A DNA stretch of 64,000 nucleotides from Candidatus Bathyarchaeia archaeon (lineage in GTDB: Archaea; Thermoproteota; Bathyarchaeia; 40CM-2-53-6; DTGE01): positions 16,812-80,811 of the forward strand of contig JAWCKG010000005.1 of assembly GCA_038852285.1 (NCBI GenBank), in the 5' to 3' direction. Made by a program: the position numbers and the translations under genes. This document shows, piece after piece, positions 10,486 to 20,517 of this stretch. How positions within the stretch are numbered: position 1 is the stretch's first letter; each line of letters begins with the position of its first letter. The notes below the pieces were generated by a model. It was not told the origin of the DNA. It saw nothing but the letters and a program-made list of their open reading frames with translations, and did no database searches.

Positions 10486-10888
10486 GTTCGCCCTCCATGA
10501 ACTTCTGTTTCTCAACGTATTCCACCCTAGGCGGGCTGAACACATCTAGGAAAACCCCGTTCTCAGGACCGTAAACCCTGACCTCATGGCTTTCATAAGG
10601 CTTGATCCTGTAAACCATACCCTTTCTGACCGTCTTCCTCACCCCATTACAGGTGAAAACGGCTTCACCTGACAAGCAGACCCCCATCTGCTCATGGGGG
10701 TGGCTGTGAGAGGGCACCACGGAGCCCGGAGGGATCTCAACTAAGAAAAAGGTCATGCGGTCCCCGCTGAGCAGAACCCGACCATAAACTCCTGGGAAAA
10801 ACTCATACCTTCGAAGGTCATTGTAATCTAACGTTTCCATCGCATCACATCCGTTGACTTTTAAGAGGATGAACGAGGCATTTATCAA
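10454..10888 (-). CDS. Cupin-domain protein
   Basis: Two-His cupin motif (HSHPHEQ...) in a small beta-barrel-sized protein. Confidence 0.55.
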   Translation of the reverse strand: MINASFILLKVNGCDAMETLDYNDLRRYEFFPGVYGRVLLSGDRMTFFLVEIPPGSVVPSHSHPHEQMGVCLSGEAVFTCNGVRKTVRKGMVYRIKPYESHEVRVYGPENGVFLDVFSPPRVEYVEKQKFMEGEPKDSASEGRS

Positions 10889-10988
10889 TGTTCTTTTCTT
10901 ATCTACATCTCAACGTTCTTTTTTCAAGCAGTCACTATTTAGAGGATGGGGAACGTAAAAGAAGGGTAACCTGAGTTTGATGATCGGC

Positions 10989-12509
10989 TTAAAGGCCCAG
11001 CATGCCTGGGTTTAGAATATTGTTTGGGTCCAGTAACTTTTTGACGCTCTTTAAAAGGTAGTAGTAGGGGGCGTAAAGTGTTTTCAAGTAGCCCTCAGTC
11101 CCCCACTCGCCGGCGAAGTATGGTTGCCATCCGCAGTCTGATCTCATGTATTCATCGCGTATTCTTTTGGAGTGATAAACCACTCTTTCTCGGCTAGGCA
11201 TGTGGTACTGGTCTCCAAGGACGCCGGGATATATGGCTATTGCAGAGGGGTTGAGCACGTAGCCGAAGAATGTGCCGCTGATATCATGTTTCTGGAGGTC
11301 TTCCTTATTTTCCTCCAAGTACTTGTAAAGGATTTCTCGGCTTTTCGCGAATTGAGAGGGCCTTATGAGTCCGCCACCTCCGATGAAGGATGTCCCTAAA
11401 CCTGTGTCAACGTTCATGAAGGGTTGATAGAACCCGTGAAGCTGGTTGTCATGGTAGTCCATGGCGTAGTGTCTACCCATGATCCATCCCCCGTTTTCCC
11501 CGACTATTTTCTCGATCATCTTAACCTTTTCCTCTAAGACGGTTCGGCTGTGCTCTTCCACCACGGCGAACGCGATCATGTCTCCCTTTTTCTCAAACCT
11601 CTCCACGTTTCCTGACTCCTCTAAGTCATCGTATATGGCTTTAAGCCATCTTCTCATCTCAGGCCCTACGCCATCATAGCTAACCTCGTTTCGCAAATAG
11701 GCTAGGAATTGGATGATGAGTTTATCGTGAAAATTCATGTCCGTAGCCAGCCTTTTACTCGATATTTTTTGGAATATTGTTTGCATGTCCGCTACGTTGT
11801 CAACGCCCCATCCTACACCGTCAGCGAACTCCGGTTTCGCCCATAAACCGAAGGACACTTTAGTTTTCACTCCTAGCGTTCCATGATCGCCTATGAAGAG
11901 GCCTGTAAGGTCAGGGGTTCCATGATAACGAGCATAAAATTTATGCGGCCATTTATAGGCTGAGGCGGTGCGTATGAGCTCACCGGTCGGGAGAACGACT
12001 TCAACTCCTCTTATCACATCGCCCGTACCCCCATATTTCAGCGAGGCATGCCAGTTACTGGACATACTGGCCGCGCCGCCGACGCTGGCGGCCAAGCCGC
12101 TCCCAGGACCCCTAAAGGTGTCTAGCCCCCTTTTCCACAGTTGATGTATCAGGTTGGCGAAGGTTGCCCCCGCCTCTGCGACGGCCACCATATCACCGTC
12201 ATCAACTTCTATTTGATTCATCCTCGTCATATCTAACAGGACACCGTAAGGTTTCAGGGGCATCCCAGCCCCCACCGGGGTAACTCCACCACCCCTAGGC
12301 CAGATCGGAACGCGTAGTCTGTTCGCCAAGTCGACGATGGCGGAAACCTCATAGGGGTCGCCGGGTCTGACGACAACCTCAGGCATCCTTTCCCGCCATG
12401 GCCCCACATCCTTAGCGTAAGCCCATCGTACGTGAGGCTCCTCTGAAACGTATTTCTCCCCAACTATATCAGAGATCCGCTCCGCCAAAGATCTCATCTC
12501 ATTTTTCAC
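10989..12509 (-). CDS. FAD-linked oxidase (GlcD / D-lactate dehydrogenase-like flavoprotein)
   Basis: PCMH-type FAD-binding motif (VPIWPRGGGVTPVGAG) and a C-terminal FAD-oxidase domain. Adjacent to a CCG-domain Fe-S protein. Confidence 0.8.
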   Translation of the reverse strand: MKNEMRSLAERISDIVGEKYVSEEPHVRWAYAKDVGPWRERMPEVVVRPGDPYEVSAIVDLANRLRVPIWPRGGGVTPVGAGMPLKPYGVLLDMTRMNQIEVDDGDMVAVAEAGATFANLIHQLWKRGLDTFRGPGSGLAASVGGAASMSSNWHASLKYGGTGDVIRGVEVVLPTGELIRTASAYKWPHKFYARYHGTPDLTGLFIGDHGTLGVKTKVSFGLWAKPEFADGVGWGVDNVADMQTIFQKISSKRLATDMNFHDKLIIQFLAYLRNEVSYDGVGPEMRRWLKAIYDDLEESGNVERFEKKGDMIAFAVVEEHSRTVLEEKVKMIEKIVGENGGWIMGRHYAMDYHDNQLHGFYQPFMNVDTGLGTSFIGGGGLIRPSQFAKSREILYKYLEENKEDLQKHDISGTFFGYVLNPSAIAIYPGVLGDQYHMPSRERVVYHSKRIRDEYMRSDCGWQPYFAGEWGTEGYLKTLYAPYYYLLKSVKKLLDPNNILNPGMLGL

Positions 12510-12513
12510 CTCA

Positions 12514-12666
12514 TCACGGTATTTTACTCAATATCTTAGCGAAGTGCACCAGTTTTTTACATTTGGGGCAAACAACATGCTTGTACCGATTTATTACATC
12601 GAAGTCTATCATATTGCCAGGTAAGCGCCACTGATTCCCACATAAAGGACACTCCAAAGTCGGCAT
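12514..12666 (-). CDS. Small zinc-ribbon protein (50 aa), not present in the ORF track
   Basis: Manual translation of the minus strand gives MPTLECPLCGNQWRLPGNMIDFDVINRYKHVVCPKCKKLVHFAKILSKIP, with CPxC...CPKC pairs. It sits exactly between the GlcF-like and GlcD-like genes on the same strand. Confidence 0.35.
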   Translation of the reverse strand: MPTLECPLCGNQWRLPGNMIDFDVINRYKHVVCPKCKKLVHFAKILSKIP

Positions 12667-12671
12667 TTTCT

Positions 12672-13883
12672 TCACCTCTCCTCAATGGAGGTTAAGGCCA
12701 GCTCGACAATGTCTTGAACCTTCAAGGTGCCACCTGCCGCTAGCGAGGCGTCTTCAAGGTTCCTCTTACAGAAGGGACAGGCTGAAGTCAATATCTCAGC
12801 GCCAGTCGCCGCGGCTTCTCGAACCCGCTCACCAGCGATACTCAAAGATATGTCGGGGAAGGCCCCTCTTACGCCGCCGCCGGCACCGCAGCAAAAAGCC
12901 CCAGCCTTAACCCGCTCCATCTCCACCAATTCCAAGCCGGGAATCTGATTGATCAGGTCCCTAGGGGCTCCGTAAACGCCCAGATGCCTGCCAAGATGGC
13001 AGGGGTCATGATACGTAACCCTAACGTTCAAAGGCTTAACGAACTTTAACCCATCCATTTCAAGCAGGAGCTGGGATACATGCTTCAACTCAAATCTTAA
13101 AGGCCTGCCCAACACCTCTGGGTAGTCGGAGGAGAATGTTCTAAAACATCCGGGACATGAAAACACAACGGTCGAGGCTCCTGTATCCTCGATCATCTGA
13201 ACAACCTTTTCAGCCAATTCCACCGCCACCTCTCGGAAACCTGTCCTAAACATGACTGAGCCGCAGCAAACTTCCTCAGGCAGAACCGTAAAGTCAACCT
13301 TAGCGGTTTGAAGCAGCTTAACCGTAGACGTAGCTAGCTCAGGTAGCCTTAACGCCGATGTGCAGCCCACAAAATATACTACATCAGCTTTTTTAGGCAG
13401 TTTCATTTGGGAAGGAATCCAAGCGAACCGTTTCTCCGGGGGCTCATCGTAAGGGTTATAGTATTTTCTTATCCTCTCCGCGAATTCTTTATGCTCTTTC
13501 ATCGGGCCTACTCCACTGTCGACTAAATCAGCCCGTAATGCCTCGATAACACCGACTGTATCGACTAGAGCTCCGCACCATTGCTTACACGCACCGCAGG
13601 TCGTGCACAAGTATACGTCCTCAGCCATCGCCGGGGTAGGTTTCAAAGCTTCATACAAGAGTCCCCGAGCTATCAACATCTTTCCGGAGGCGCCAACAAT
13701 CGAGGTAAATCCTGAGGTGTAATCCTTAAAAGGACATATTTCTCGGGTGTAGCCGAATGGCTCCGCGTACCTAATGGCTTCTCGACAAAACTTACAGTTT
13801 TTGCACCATGAAATATAGTCTTCAAAGGCCTTTATGCGGAGTTTTTCGGACCGCTTAGTCCCTACATACATAGAGATAGCCAT
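12672..13883 (-). CDS. Fe-S oxidoreductase with two 4Fe-4S motifs and two CCG domains (GlcF/HdrD-like)
   Basis: CKNCKFCREA...CPF and CTTCGACKQWC ferredoxin motifs, plus the CCG-domain signatures YHDPCHLGRH and CCGAGGG. Confidence 0.8.
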   Translation of the reverse strand: MAISMYVGTKRSEKLRIKAFEDYISWCKNCKFCREAIRYAEPFGYTREICPFKDYTSGFTSIVGASGKMLIARGLLYEALKPTPAMAEDVYLCTTCGACKQWCGALVDTVGVIEALRADLVDSGVGPMKEHKEFAERIRKYYNPYDEPPEKRFAWIPSQMKLPKKADVVYFVGCTSALRLPELATSTVKLLQTAKVDFTVLPEEVCCGSVMFRTGFREVAVELAEKVVQMIEDTGASTVVFSCPGCFRTFSSDYPEVLGRPLRFELKHVSQLLLEMDGLKFVKPLNVRVTYHDPCHLGRHLGVYGAPRDLINQIPGLELVEMERVKAGAFCCGAGGGVRGAFPDISLSIAGERVREAAATGAEILTSACPFCKRNLEDASLAAGGTLKVQDIVELALTSIEER

Positions 13884-14021
13884 TATTCATCGACCAGAAA
13901 GTCCATTATGAAGTAGAGGTTTTGTTGAAGTTATATAAAGGATTTTTTCATCCTGTAGCTTTTTGATCGGTTCATCCACATTATGCCTTGAAAAGTTGAA
14001 CGCTAAACGTGTATCAGCTTT

Positions 14022-15947
14022 TTATTCCTTCAATGATATTCCGCTGTTTTCTAAATGCGTTGCCACCTCGTCAAGCTCAAGCTCCAAAAGTTTTGATTTT
14101 CTAGGCACTCCCTCCGAATCCCATCCTCTTAACTCATAGTACCAGTCTAGCATCCGCTCGTAATTTTCAACGACGGCACCTTCCGTGGGCCCGTTGAGAA
14201 GCTTTTCAGTTCTCCATCTTTTAGCGATTATGTCGTCTTTTCTTCTTACGCCTTCACGTATGTTAAATGCCCTCTCGAGGTTAAACAGTCTTTCTCCCGC
14301 TTTAACAAGCTCCTGATCGTTGATTTCCCATCCTGTCAACGCGGAAAGGAGAATGGCGAACCTCTTAATCGTGAGGCCTGTTTCCCCATTGGGGGAACTG
14401 GTGTGAAATAGGCATGTTCCAAGGGCTTCGTGAACGTTTCCGCAGTTTTGGCATACCACTACTATCTTCGCTTTTTCTTTTGACTCATCTAATGGGCTTA
14501 TGTTCGATGGGTCAGGTAACCCGTATGCTTCCATGCCGCTGGTCGCTTTGAACATGCTAGGGTTGCCAACCCAGTGATAACGTATGTGACAGGCTCCTCT
14601 ATTGCAGGTCCCGTATTGCAAGGCCATCTCCTTTATGGCTCTCGGTGAATGACCAGGTTGCTCTAATCCCTTCACGTGTAAAGCGAGGTCCATGGCATTT
14701 TTACCAAGTTTCTCGGCGACTCGAACAACGCCTTCGGCGAGCAGATCTCCGATTCCTTGTCTTGTCGCTATTTTCTCCGTCAGGTCTACGAGGACTTCAG
14801 GGTCACCCCACGATAACCTCATTCCCTCAGTTTCCTTCAGGGTTATCAACCCTTTTTCAAAGCATTCGACGGCGAAAGCGATCATATAACCGGTGGATAT
14901 CGTATCCATTCCGTAAATGTTGCATAAATAGCTGGCCCTTGTAATCGCTTCCAAGTTATCGATTCTTAAGTATGGGCCCATTAAGTCGATGGTTTCGTAT
15001 TCCGGTCCTCCCATCGGCGGCGACCTGTATGGACCGGATTTGATTTCCGAGTATCTTTCACACCCATAGGAGCAGGCTTGACAGGCCCGGGCCTTCACCA
15101 AATAGTTTCTCCGCAACTTTTCGACGGAGACGTTTTCCCATCGATCAAAGTATCCGGACCGGTCGTGCCAAGTGGGAAGGGCTCCGAAAGCGTTGAGAGA
15201 GCCCGTATAAGCCGGTGTGCCTTCGTAAGCGTATAGCGCGTATAGGGGATTGTTTCGAACAGCTTTCTCTATCTCAATTAGGGCTTTTCGGCACGTTTCA
15301 GGGTCGTTTACCTTTATATCCTTCGTTCCTCTGACGGCTACGGCCTTCACGTTTTTGGATCCCATTACGGCGCCTACTCCACACCTGCCAGCCGCCCGGC
15401 ACAAATCGTTCATAATAGCCGCGAATCTAACCAGCTTTTCCCCCGCTGGCCCTACGATGGCGAGGCGTGCTTGGTATTCGCCGAGATCTTCTTTGATGAT
15501 GGCCTCAGCCTCGGGTACTGGTTTACCCCAAGCATCCCCTGCATCCCTAATTTCTACCAGATCGTTACATACCCATAGGTAGCATGGCTTTTCAGCCCTC
15601 CCTTCTAAGATGATCATGTCGTATCCGGCGTATTTCATCTCCGGTCCGAAGAATCCCCCCGACCTAGCCGCGGCCCATAGCCCTGTTAGAGGCGATTTCG
15701 TCACGGCCTGCCACGATCCCCCACCTTCGCATAGCGTGCCAGCCATAACTCCGGCTGTCAATATGAGCTTGTTCTCAGGGCCCAGGGGATCTACGCCGGG
15801 CTTCAATTCATCGAACAGAATTTTTGTGGCTAGCCCTGGCCCTCCAAGGTACTTTCTCGCCTGATCTTCTTTTAAGGGCTCCTTTATAATTTTCTTATTC
15901 TTCAGGTTTATGCGAAGGATTGTTCCTGCGAATCCACCTAAAACCAT
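14022..15947 (-). CDS. aor: Aldehyde:ferredoxin oxidoreductase (tungsten-type AOR family)
   Basis: 641 aa with AOR N- and C-domain motifs along its length. Followed by a polyferredoxin gene. Confidence 0.9.
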   Translation of the reverse strand: MVLGGFAGTILRINLKNKKIIKEPLKEDQARKYLGGPGLATKILFDELKPGVDPLGPENKLILTAGVMAGTLCEGGGSWQAVTKSPLTGLWAAARSGGFFGPEMKYAGYDMIILEGRAEKPCYLWVCNDLVEIRDAGDAWGKPVPEAEAIIKEDLGEYQARLAIVGPAGEKLVRFAAIMNDLCRAAGRCGVGAVMGSKNVKAVAVRGTKDIKVNDPETCRKALIEIEKAVRNNPLYALYAYEGTPAYTGSLNAFGALPTWHDRSGYFDRWENVSVEKLRRNYLVKARACQACSYGCERYSEIKSGPYRSPPMGGPEYETIDLMGPYLRIDNLEAITRASYLCNIYGMDTISTGYMIAFAVECFEKGLITLKETEGMRLSWGDPEVLVDLTEKIATRQGIGDLLAEGVVRVAEKLGKNAMDLALHVKGLEQPGHSPRAIKEMALQYGTCNRGACHIRYHWVGNPSMFKATSGMEAYGLPDPSNISPLDESKEKAKIVVVCQNCGNVHEALGTCLFHTSSPNGETGLTIKRFAILLSALTGWEINDQELVKAGERLFNLERAFNIREGVRRKDDIIAKRWRTEKLLNGPTEGAVVENYERMLDWYYELRGWDSEGVPRKSKLLELELDEVATHLENSGISLKE

Positions 15948-15964
15948 TTTCTCATCTCTCCCTT

Positions 15965-16459
15965 CTAGAGTCTTTCCGGAGGTCCTATGGGCTCCTTTCG
16001 CCCTATCGAGATGGCCCCACCGTATTCCATCAGCCTCCTTAAATAGGCGGCTTTGTTAGGCTCCACATAGTATAGAACTTTTTTCGGACAATGCTTCACA
16101 CACTCCGGGTCGCCGCCGCACAGATCGCATTTAATAGCCTTACCTGTAACTGGATCTAGCGTTAAAACGCCGTATGGGCATGCGGTGACGCATCTGCCAC
16201 ATGAAGTACATTTTTCCTCATCGATGACCACAGCGTTGGTTTTGGGGTTTCTGTTCATGGCTTTAATAGGACATGCGTCCATGCACAGGCCACATTGAAT
16301 GCAGATCATTGGTATGTCAACGTATGGCTCTGACCTGATCACGTGGATCCTAGATCGAGCAGGGTTGAAGACTTTGCTTTTTATGAAGGAACACCATAGG
16401 ACACATTTCTCACAGCCCGTGCATCGCTCTGGATGGACTGCAAGGATTTTCTGCGCCAT
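15965..16459 (-). CDS. 4Fe-4S polyferredoxin, likely electron acceptor for AOR
   Basis: Four CxxCxxCxxxCP motifs in 164 aa. Lies 18 nt upstream of aor on the same strand. Confidence 0.8.
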   Translation of the reverse strand: MAQKILAVHPERCTGCEKCVLWCSFIKSKVFNPARSRIHVIRSEPYVDIPMICIQCGLCMDACPIKAMNRNPKTNAVVIDEEKCTSCGRCVTACPYGVLTLDPVTGKAIKCDLCGGDPECVKHCPKKVLYYVEPNKAAYLRRLMEYGGAISIGRKEPIGPPERL

Positions 16460-16756
16460 TTATAATTCTTCCTCCTGATTAAGCTCGCAAATTTTTAGTT
16501 GCCCATTTATATTTAAAATATAGTATTTACAACGAATCTGAAATACACCTAAATTATCCTTTTAAGCGGTTTTAAGGTGTTTGAACGCCGTTTTAGTAAG
16601 CCTAAATCTTGTCATATTCGCATTATAACTAGCCACATAATTTACACTTAAAAGTTTTGTCAATAAATGCTTATCCTGGCCTCTTTCATTTCCTATTCTT
16701 ATAAATTATTTGGTGGGTTAATGTTGTTAATTTAGGGGAATGCGAGTTAATTACTG

Positions 16757-17581
16757 TTAATATTTTATAATCGTATGTTGATAGCGTATTTGACTCGTAT
16801 TTTTTCGATTTAGTGCCTTTAAGTGAACAGTTGAAAAAAGCTCATTCCAACGAGACGTTGATGTGGAGGATTTTAAGATGATTCTGGCGTCTACCGCTTG
16901 TAATCCCTTTTCATAGACTAATACAGGGTTGAGGTCTAATTGCTCAATTACCCCTTCGTAGCGCGCAGTCAGATTTGACACTTTGACTAGTGCGTCGACG
17001 ATGGCTCCTATGTCTAGGCGGGGCTGTCTTCTATACCCTTTCAATATTTTTGAGGCTTTCAACTCTTCTATCATTTCCTCCGCGTCTTCCTTGTTGATGG
17101 GCGCGATTCGAAAGGACACGTCCCTGTAGAGTTCAACGTATAAGCCGCCCATGCCCAACATAACGGTTGGGCCGAACTGCGGATCAGCGAGCGAGCCGAT
17201 GATTAATTCAAGCCCCGGCGGCGCCATCTTCTGGACCAATACGCCTTTAAACTCCGCTTTCGACGCATACCTCCTCAGGTTCGCTGCAACAACTTCAAAC
17301 CCAGTTTTAACCTCCTCAGGGTTCTTCAAGTTTACGAGAACCCCGCCTACATCGCTTTTATGCGTTACATGAGGCGAAACGACCTTCAACACCACTGGGT
17401 ATCCAAGCCTCTCAGCCGCTTCAACCGCCTCCCCCGGCGAGTCGGCCAACTGGAACCTCGGCGTGTCGACTCCATACTCCATGCATATGATCTTCGCCTC
17501 ATGCTCGTAAAGGACGGCCCTGTTCTCAGCTTTGGCGTTTTCGAGGATGTGATCGACTTTTGATGTCAACAGAAACCACAC
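16757..17581 (-). CDS. ADP-forming acyl-CoA synthetase beta subunit (ATP-grasp), with a C-terminal extension of about 35 aa
   Basis: The ATP-grasp ACD-beta region aligns with the second beta copy at 53252. The tail KSSTSTSRWNELF... is encoded by AT-rich DNA and may reflect a lost stop codon. Confidence 0.7.
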   Translation of the reverse strand: MWFLLTSKVDHILENAKAENRAVLYEHEAKIICMEYGVDTPRFQLADSPGEAVEAAERLGYPVVLKVVSPHVTHKSDVGGVLVNLKNPEEVKTGFEVVAANLRRYASKAEFKGVLVQKMAPPGLELIIGSLADPQFGPTVMLGMGGLYVELYRDVSFRIAPINKEDAEEMIEELKASKILKGYRRQPRLDIGAIVDALVKVSNLTARYEGVIEQLDLNPVLVYEKGLQAVDARIILKSSTSTSRWNELFSTVHLKALNRKNTSQIRYQHTIIKY

Positions 17582-17750
17582 CTTAGGTGGGTTTTAAGCC
17601 TGGATTTAAAGTTCACTGTCTCAGGCAGGTTTTTATATATATGCTGTTCTGAGCCATAACCGTTTGGTGTTTCGTATGGTGGCGGAGCCTTGGATTGGGC
17701 CTAAGTGGATTTCGAGTCGATGGAACTTCGATGAAGCAGTGTTGAAGGAA

Positions 17751-18899
17751 ATGAGCTTGCCGAGCAAGGTTCAGATATATGATGTTACGTGTAGGGATGG
17801 TGAGCAGCGGCCCGGGGTTGTGTTTCGGAGAGAGGATAAGGTTAAGATTGCTCGGAAACTGGATGAGGTGGGCATTCATCGAATCGAGGCTGGGATGCCC
17901 GCTGTTTCGGAGGACGACTTTGAGGCGGTGAGGGAGATCGCTCACCTTGGGTTAAGCGCCAAGGTTTTGGCCTTCAGCAGGGCGAGGAGGGATGACGTTG
18001 ACTTGGCCTTGAAATGCGATGTGGACGGCGTGTTGATAGAGGTTCCCTCCAGCGACGCGCTGATAGAGCTGGGATTCGACTGGACGAAGAATAGAGTTTT
18101 GGAGGCCGCTGTGGACAGCACGGGATACGCTAAGAAGCACGGCCTGTATGTGGCCTTTTTCCCCTACGACACGACGAGGGCTGACCCCGTTTATGAGAGG
18201 AAGTTGATGACATCGGTGGTGGAGGAGTCTCACGTCGACTCGATGGCGGTGGTGGACACGTTTGGCTGCGCTTCGCCCCAGGGCATGGCTCGACTCGTGA
18301 GGACTGTGAAGAGCTGGATAAACGTCCCATTGGAGGTTCACTGTCATAACGACCTTGGCTTGGCGACCGCCAACTCCTTAGCGGCTGTGACCGCTGGCGC
18401 TGAGGTAGTTCACACCAACGTTAACGGAATCGGGGAGAGAGCCGGGGGCGCCGCAACTGAGGAGGTTGTGGTTGGCCTCCGCGTTTTATATGGAGTAGAC
18501 CTGGGAATCCGATACGAGAATCTGGTGGAGTTGTCGAAGCTTGTGGAGGAGCTGAGCCAAGTTAAGGTTCCCTCCCATAAGCCGGTTGTAGGTGACACGG
18601 CCTTCGGCTATGAGGCTGGCATACCCGTGATGTTCTGCCGCAGGTTGAAGAAAATCGATCGGTTAGAGGTGGCTTTGAGCTATCTTCCGGAGTTTGTGGG
18701 GAACAAGCTGTACATCGCGTTCGGTAAGAAAAGCGGTAGACATGGCGTAGAGTGGCGTTTGGAGGAGATGGGGTTGAAGGCTTCGGATGAGCAGGTCGGC
18801 GAAATTCTGGCTGAAGTTAAAAGCCTAGGCATCGAGAAGAGAAGAGCCCTAACCGATAAAGAAGTAGACCAAATAATAAAAAAGCACGTTAAATCTTAA
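17751..18899 (+). CDS. DRE-TIM metallolyase (2-isopropylmalate / homocitrate / citramalate synthase family) lacking the regulatory domain
   Basis: IYDVTCRDGEQ, HCHNDLG and other IPMS-family motifs. The ORF is open from 17664, but the conserved N-terminus begins at the ATG at 17751. Confidence 0.75.
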   Translation: MSLPSKVQIYDVTCRDGEQRPGVVFRREDKVKIARKLDEVGIHRIEAGMPAVSEDDFEAVREIAHLGLSAKVLAFSRARRDDVDLALKCDVDGVLIEVPSSDALIELGFDWTKNRVLEAAVDSTGYAKKHGLYVAFFPYDTTRADPVYERKLMTSVVEESHVDSMAVVDTFGCASPQGMARLVRTVKSWINVPLEVHCHNDLGLATANSLAAVTAGAEVVHTNVNGIGERAGGAATEEVVVGLRVLYGVDLGIRYENLVELSKLVEELSQVKVPSHKPVVGDTAFGYEAGIPVMFCRRLKKIDRLEVALSYLPEFVGNKLYIAFGKKSGRHGVEWRLEEMGLKASDEQVGEILAEVKSLGIEKRRALTDKEVDQIIKKHVKS

Positions 18900-19004
18900 A
18901 ACGTTTAAGCCTCAAAACTTCAAATCCCAGTCACCTCTAATTTCTTTAACCTTAACTGTAACGATACCGTTTAAACGGCGAGGACGCTGAGGAGGGGCTG
19001 AAGG

Positions 19005-20402
19005 TTGAGCGACATAATCGCGCAGCTGGACCTTTTTTTTAAGGCGAAGTCTGTGGCGGTCATCGGCGCCTCCTCTACGAGGGGAAAAATTGGATACGAG
19101 GTTTTGAAAAGCCTGTGCAAAGGCGAATATAAGGGGAAGGTTTACCCGGTCACCCTCGGTAAAAAGAGGATTCTAGGCCTCAAATGCTACCGGAGCATTT
19201 TAGAGATTCCGGGGAAGGTTGAGTTGGCGGTCGTCATTGTGCCGTCTAAAAAAATATTATCCGTTCTCAAGGAGTGTGGAAACGTTGGGGTGAGGAACGT
19301 CGTCATCATTTCAGCTGGGTTCAAGGAGATGGGCGGTGAATTCGCACAAATAGAGCAGGAGGTGAAGAAGCTGGCTAAAGAGTATTCGATGAGGATTATC
19401 GGCCCCAACTGCATAGGCGTCTACGATTCCGAGACCAAACTGGATACCTTCTTTCAGCCCAGGGTGAGGATGCTCCGCCCTCCGCCCGGAGGCGTTGCGA
19501 TAATGAGTCAGAGCGGGGCCTACGGCCTTACGCTTTTGGAGTGGATTGCTGAAAGCCGCTTCGGCGTCAGCAAGTTTGTCAGCTACGGGAACAGGGTTGA
19601 CGTCGACGAGGCGGACTTGATTAGATACTTTAAGGCGGATGAAAAGACGAAGATAATCGCGATATACGTTGAGGGCGTTGAAAATGGAAGGAAGTTCCTT
19701 GAAGCGGCTAAGGAAACCTCAAAAGAGAAGCCCATACTGGTTTTAAAGGCGGGCAAGACGGGTTTAGGCTCGGAGGGCGCATTAACGCACACAGGCTCGC
19801 TGGCAGGCTCATACGAGGTGTATAAGGCGGCCTTCAAACAGGCAAACCTCATAGAGGCGGAAACCCTCGCAGAGCTGTTCGACATGATGAAGGCGTTGGC
19901 CATGCAACCTCCCGCCGAGGGTAGAAACATAGCCATGACCTCCAACGGAATGGGCCCATGCATAGCGGCCATGGACATCTGCGAGCGGAGAAACCTCACC
20001 GTGGGAGAATACGGCGAGGAGACGGTGAATAGGCTGAAGGAGAGGCTTCCACCTTACTGCGTGGTCGGTAGGGTTGTAGACCTTTCAGGAAGCGCCACCT
20101 CGAAGGATTATGAGGCAACGCTTGAAGCCTTCTTAGAGGATGAGAAGGTCAGCCTCTTGATGCCCTTCTTCATTTTCCAAGACGCCCCCTTGGACGAGGG
20201 CATCATCGAAGTCCTGAGGAAGGTTCGGAAAAAGGCCTCGGAGCTTCAGAAACCAATCATATGCGGGGCGAGTGGAGGACCATACACTAGAAAACAGGTA
20301 AAAGAGGTTGAGCTAATAGGCATACCCGTTTACGAAACGCCTGAAAGAGCCGTCTCAGCGGCCCACGCCCTGATAAAAGCTGGAGAAATACTAAAGCGGT
20401 AA
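19005..20402 (+). CDS. ADP-forming acyl-CoA synthetase alpha subunit (CoA-binding plus ligase-CoA domains)
   Basis: N-terminal CoA-binding fold SVAVIGASSTRGKIGYEV, 465 aa, similar to the copy at 51862. Confidence 0.85.
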   Translation: MSDIIAQLDLFFKAKSVAVIGASSTRGKIGYEVLKSLCKGEYKGKVYPVTLGKKRILGLKCYRSILEIPGKVELAVVIVPSKKILSVLKECGNVGVRNVVIISAGFKEMGGEFAQIEQEVKKLAKEYSMRIIGPNCIGVYDSETKLDTFFQPRVRMLRPPPGGVAIMSQSGAYGLTLLEWIAESRFGVSKFVSYGNRVDVDEADLIRYFKADEKTKIIAIYVEGVENGRKFLEAAKETSKEKPILVLKAGKTGLGSEGALTHTGSLAGSYEVYKAAFKQANLIEAETLAELFDMMKALAMQPPAEGRNIAMTSNGMGPCIAAMDICERRNLTVGEYGEETVNRLKERLPPYCVVGRVVDLSGSATSKDYEATLEAFLEDEKVSLLMPFFIFQDAPLDEGIIEVLRKVRKKASELQKPIICGASGGPYTRKQVKEVELIGIPVYETPERAVSAAHALIKAGEILKR

Positions 20403-20517
20403 GAATAAATAAAATTCAACCTACGTCAAGTAAAACGGCCCTTCGCGACCAGAGTTCGGATGCCTGAAAACTTATATTTAGCATCCTCAACTGATAGGAA
20501 GGTTCCGGTGAAGGTGG

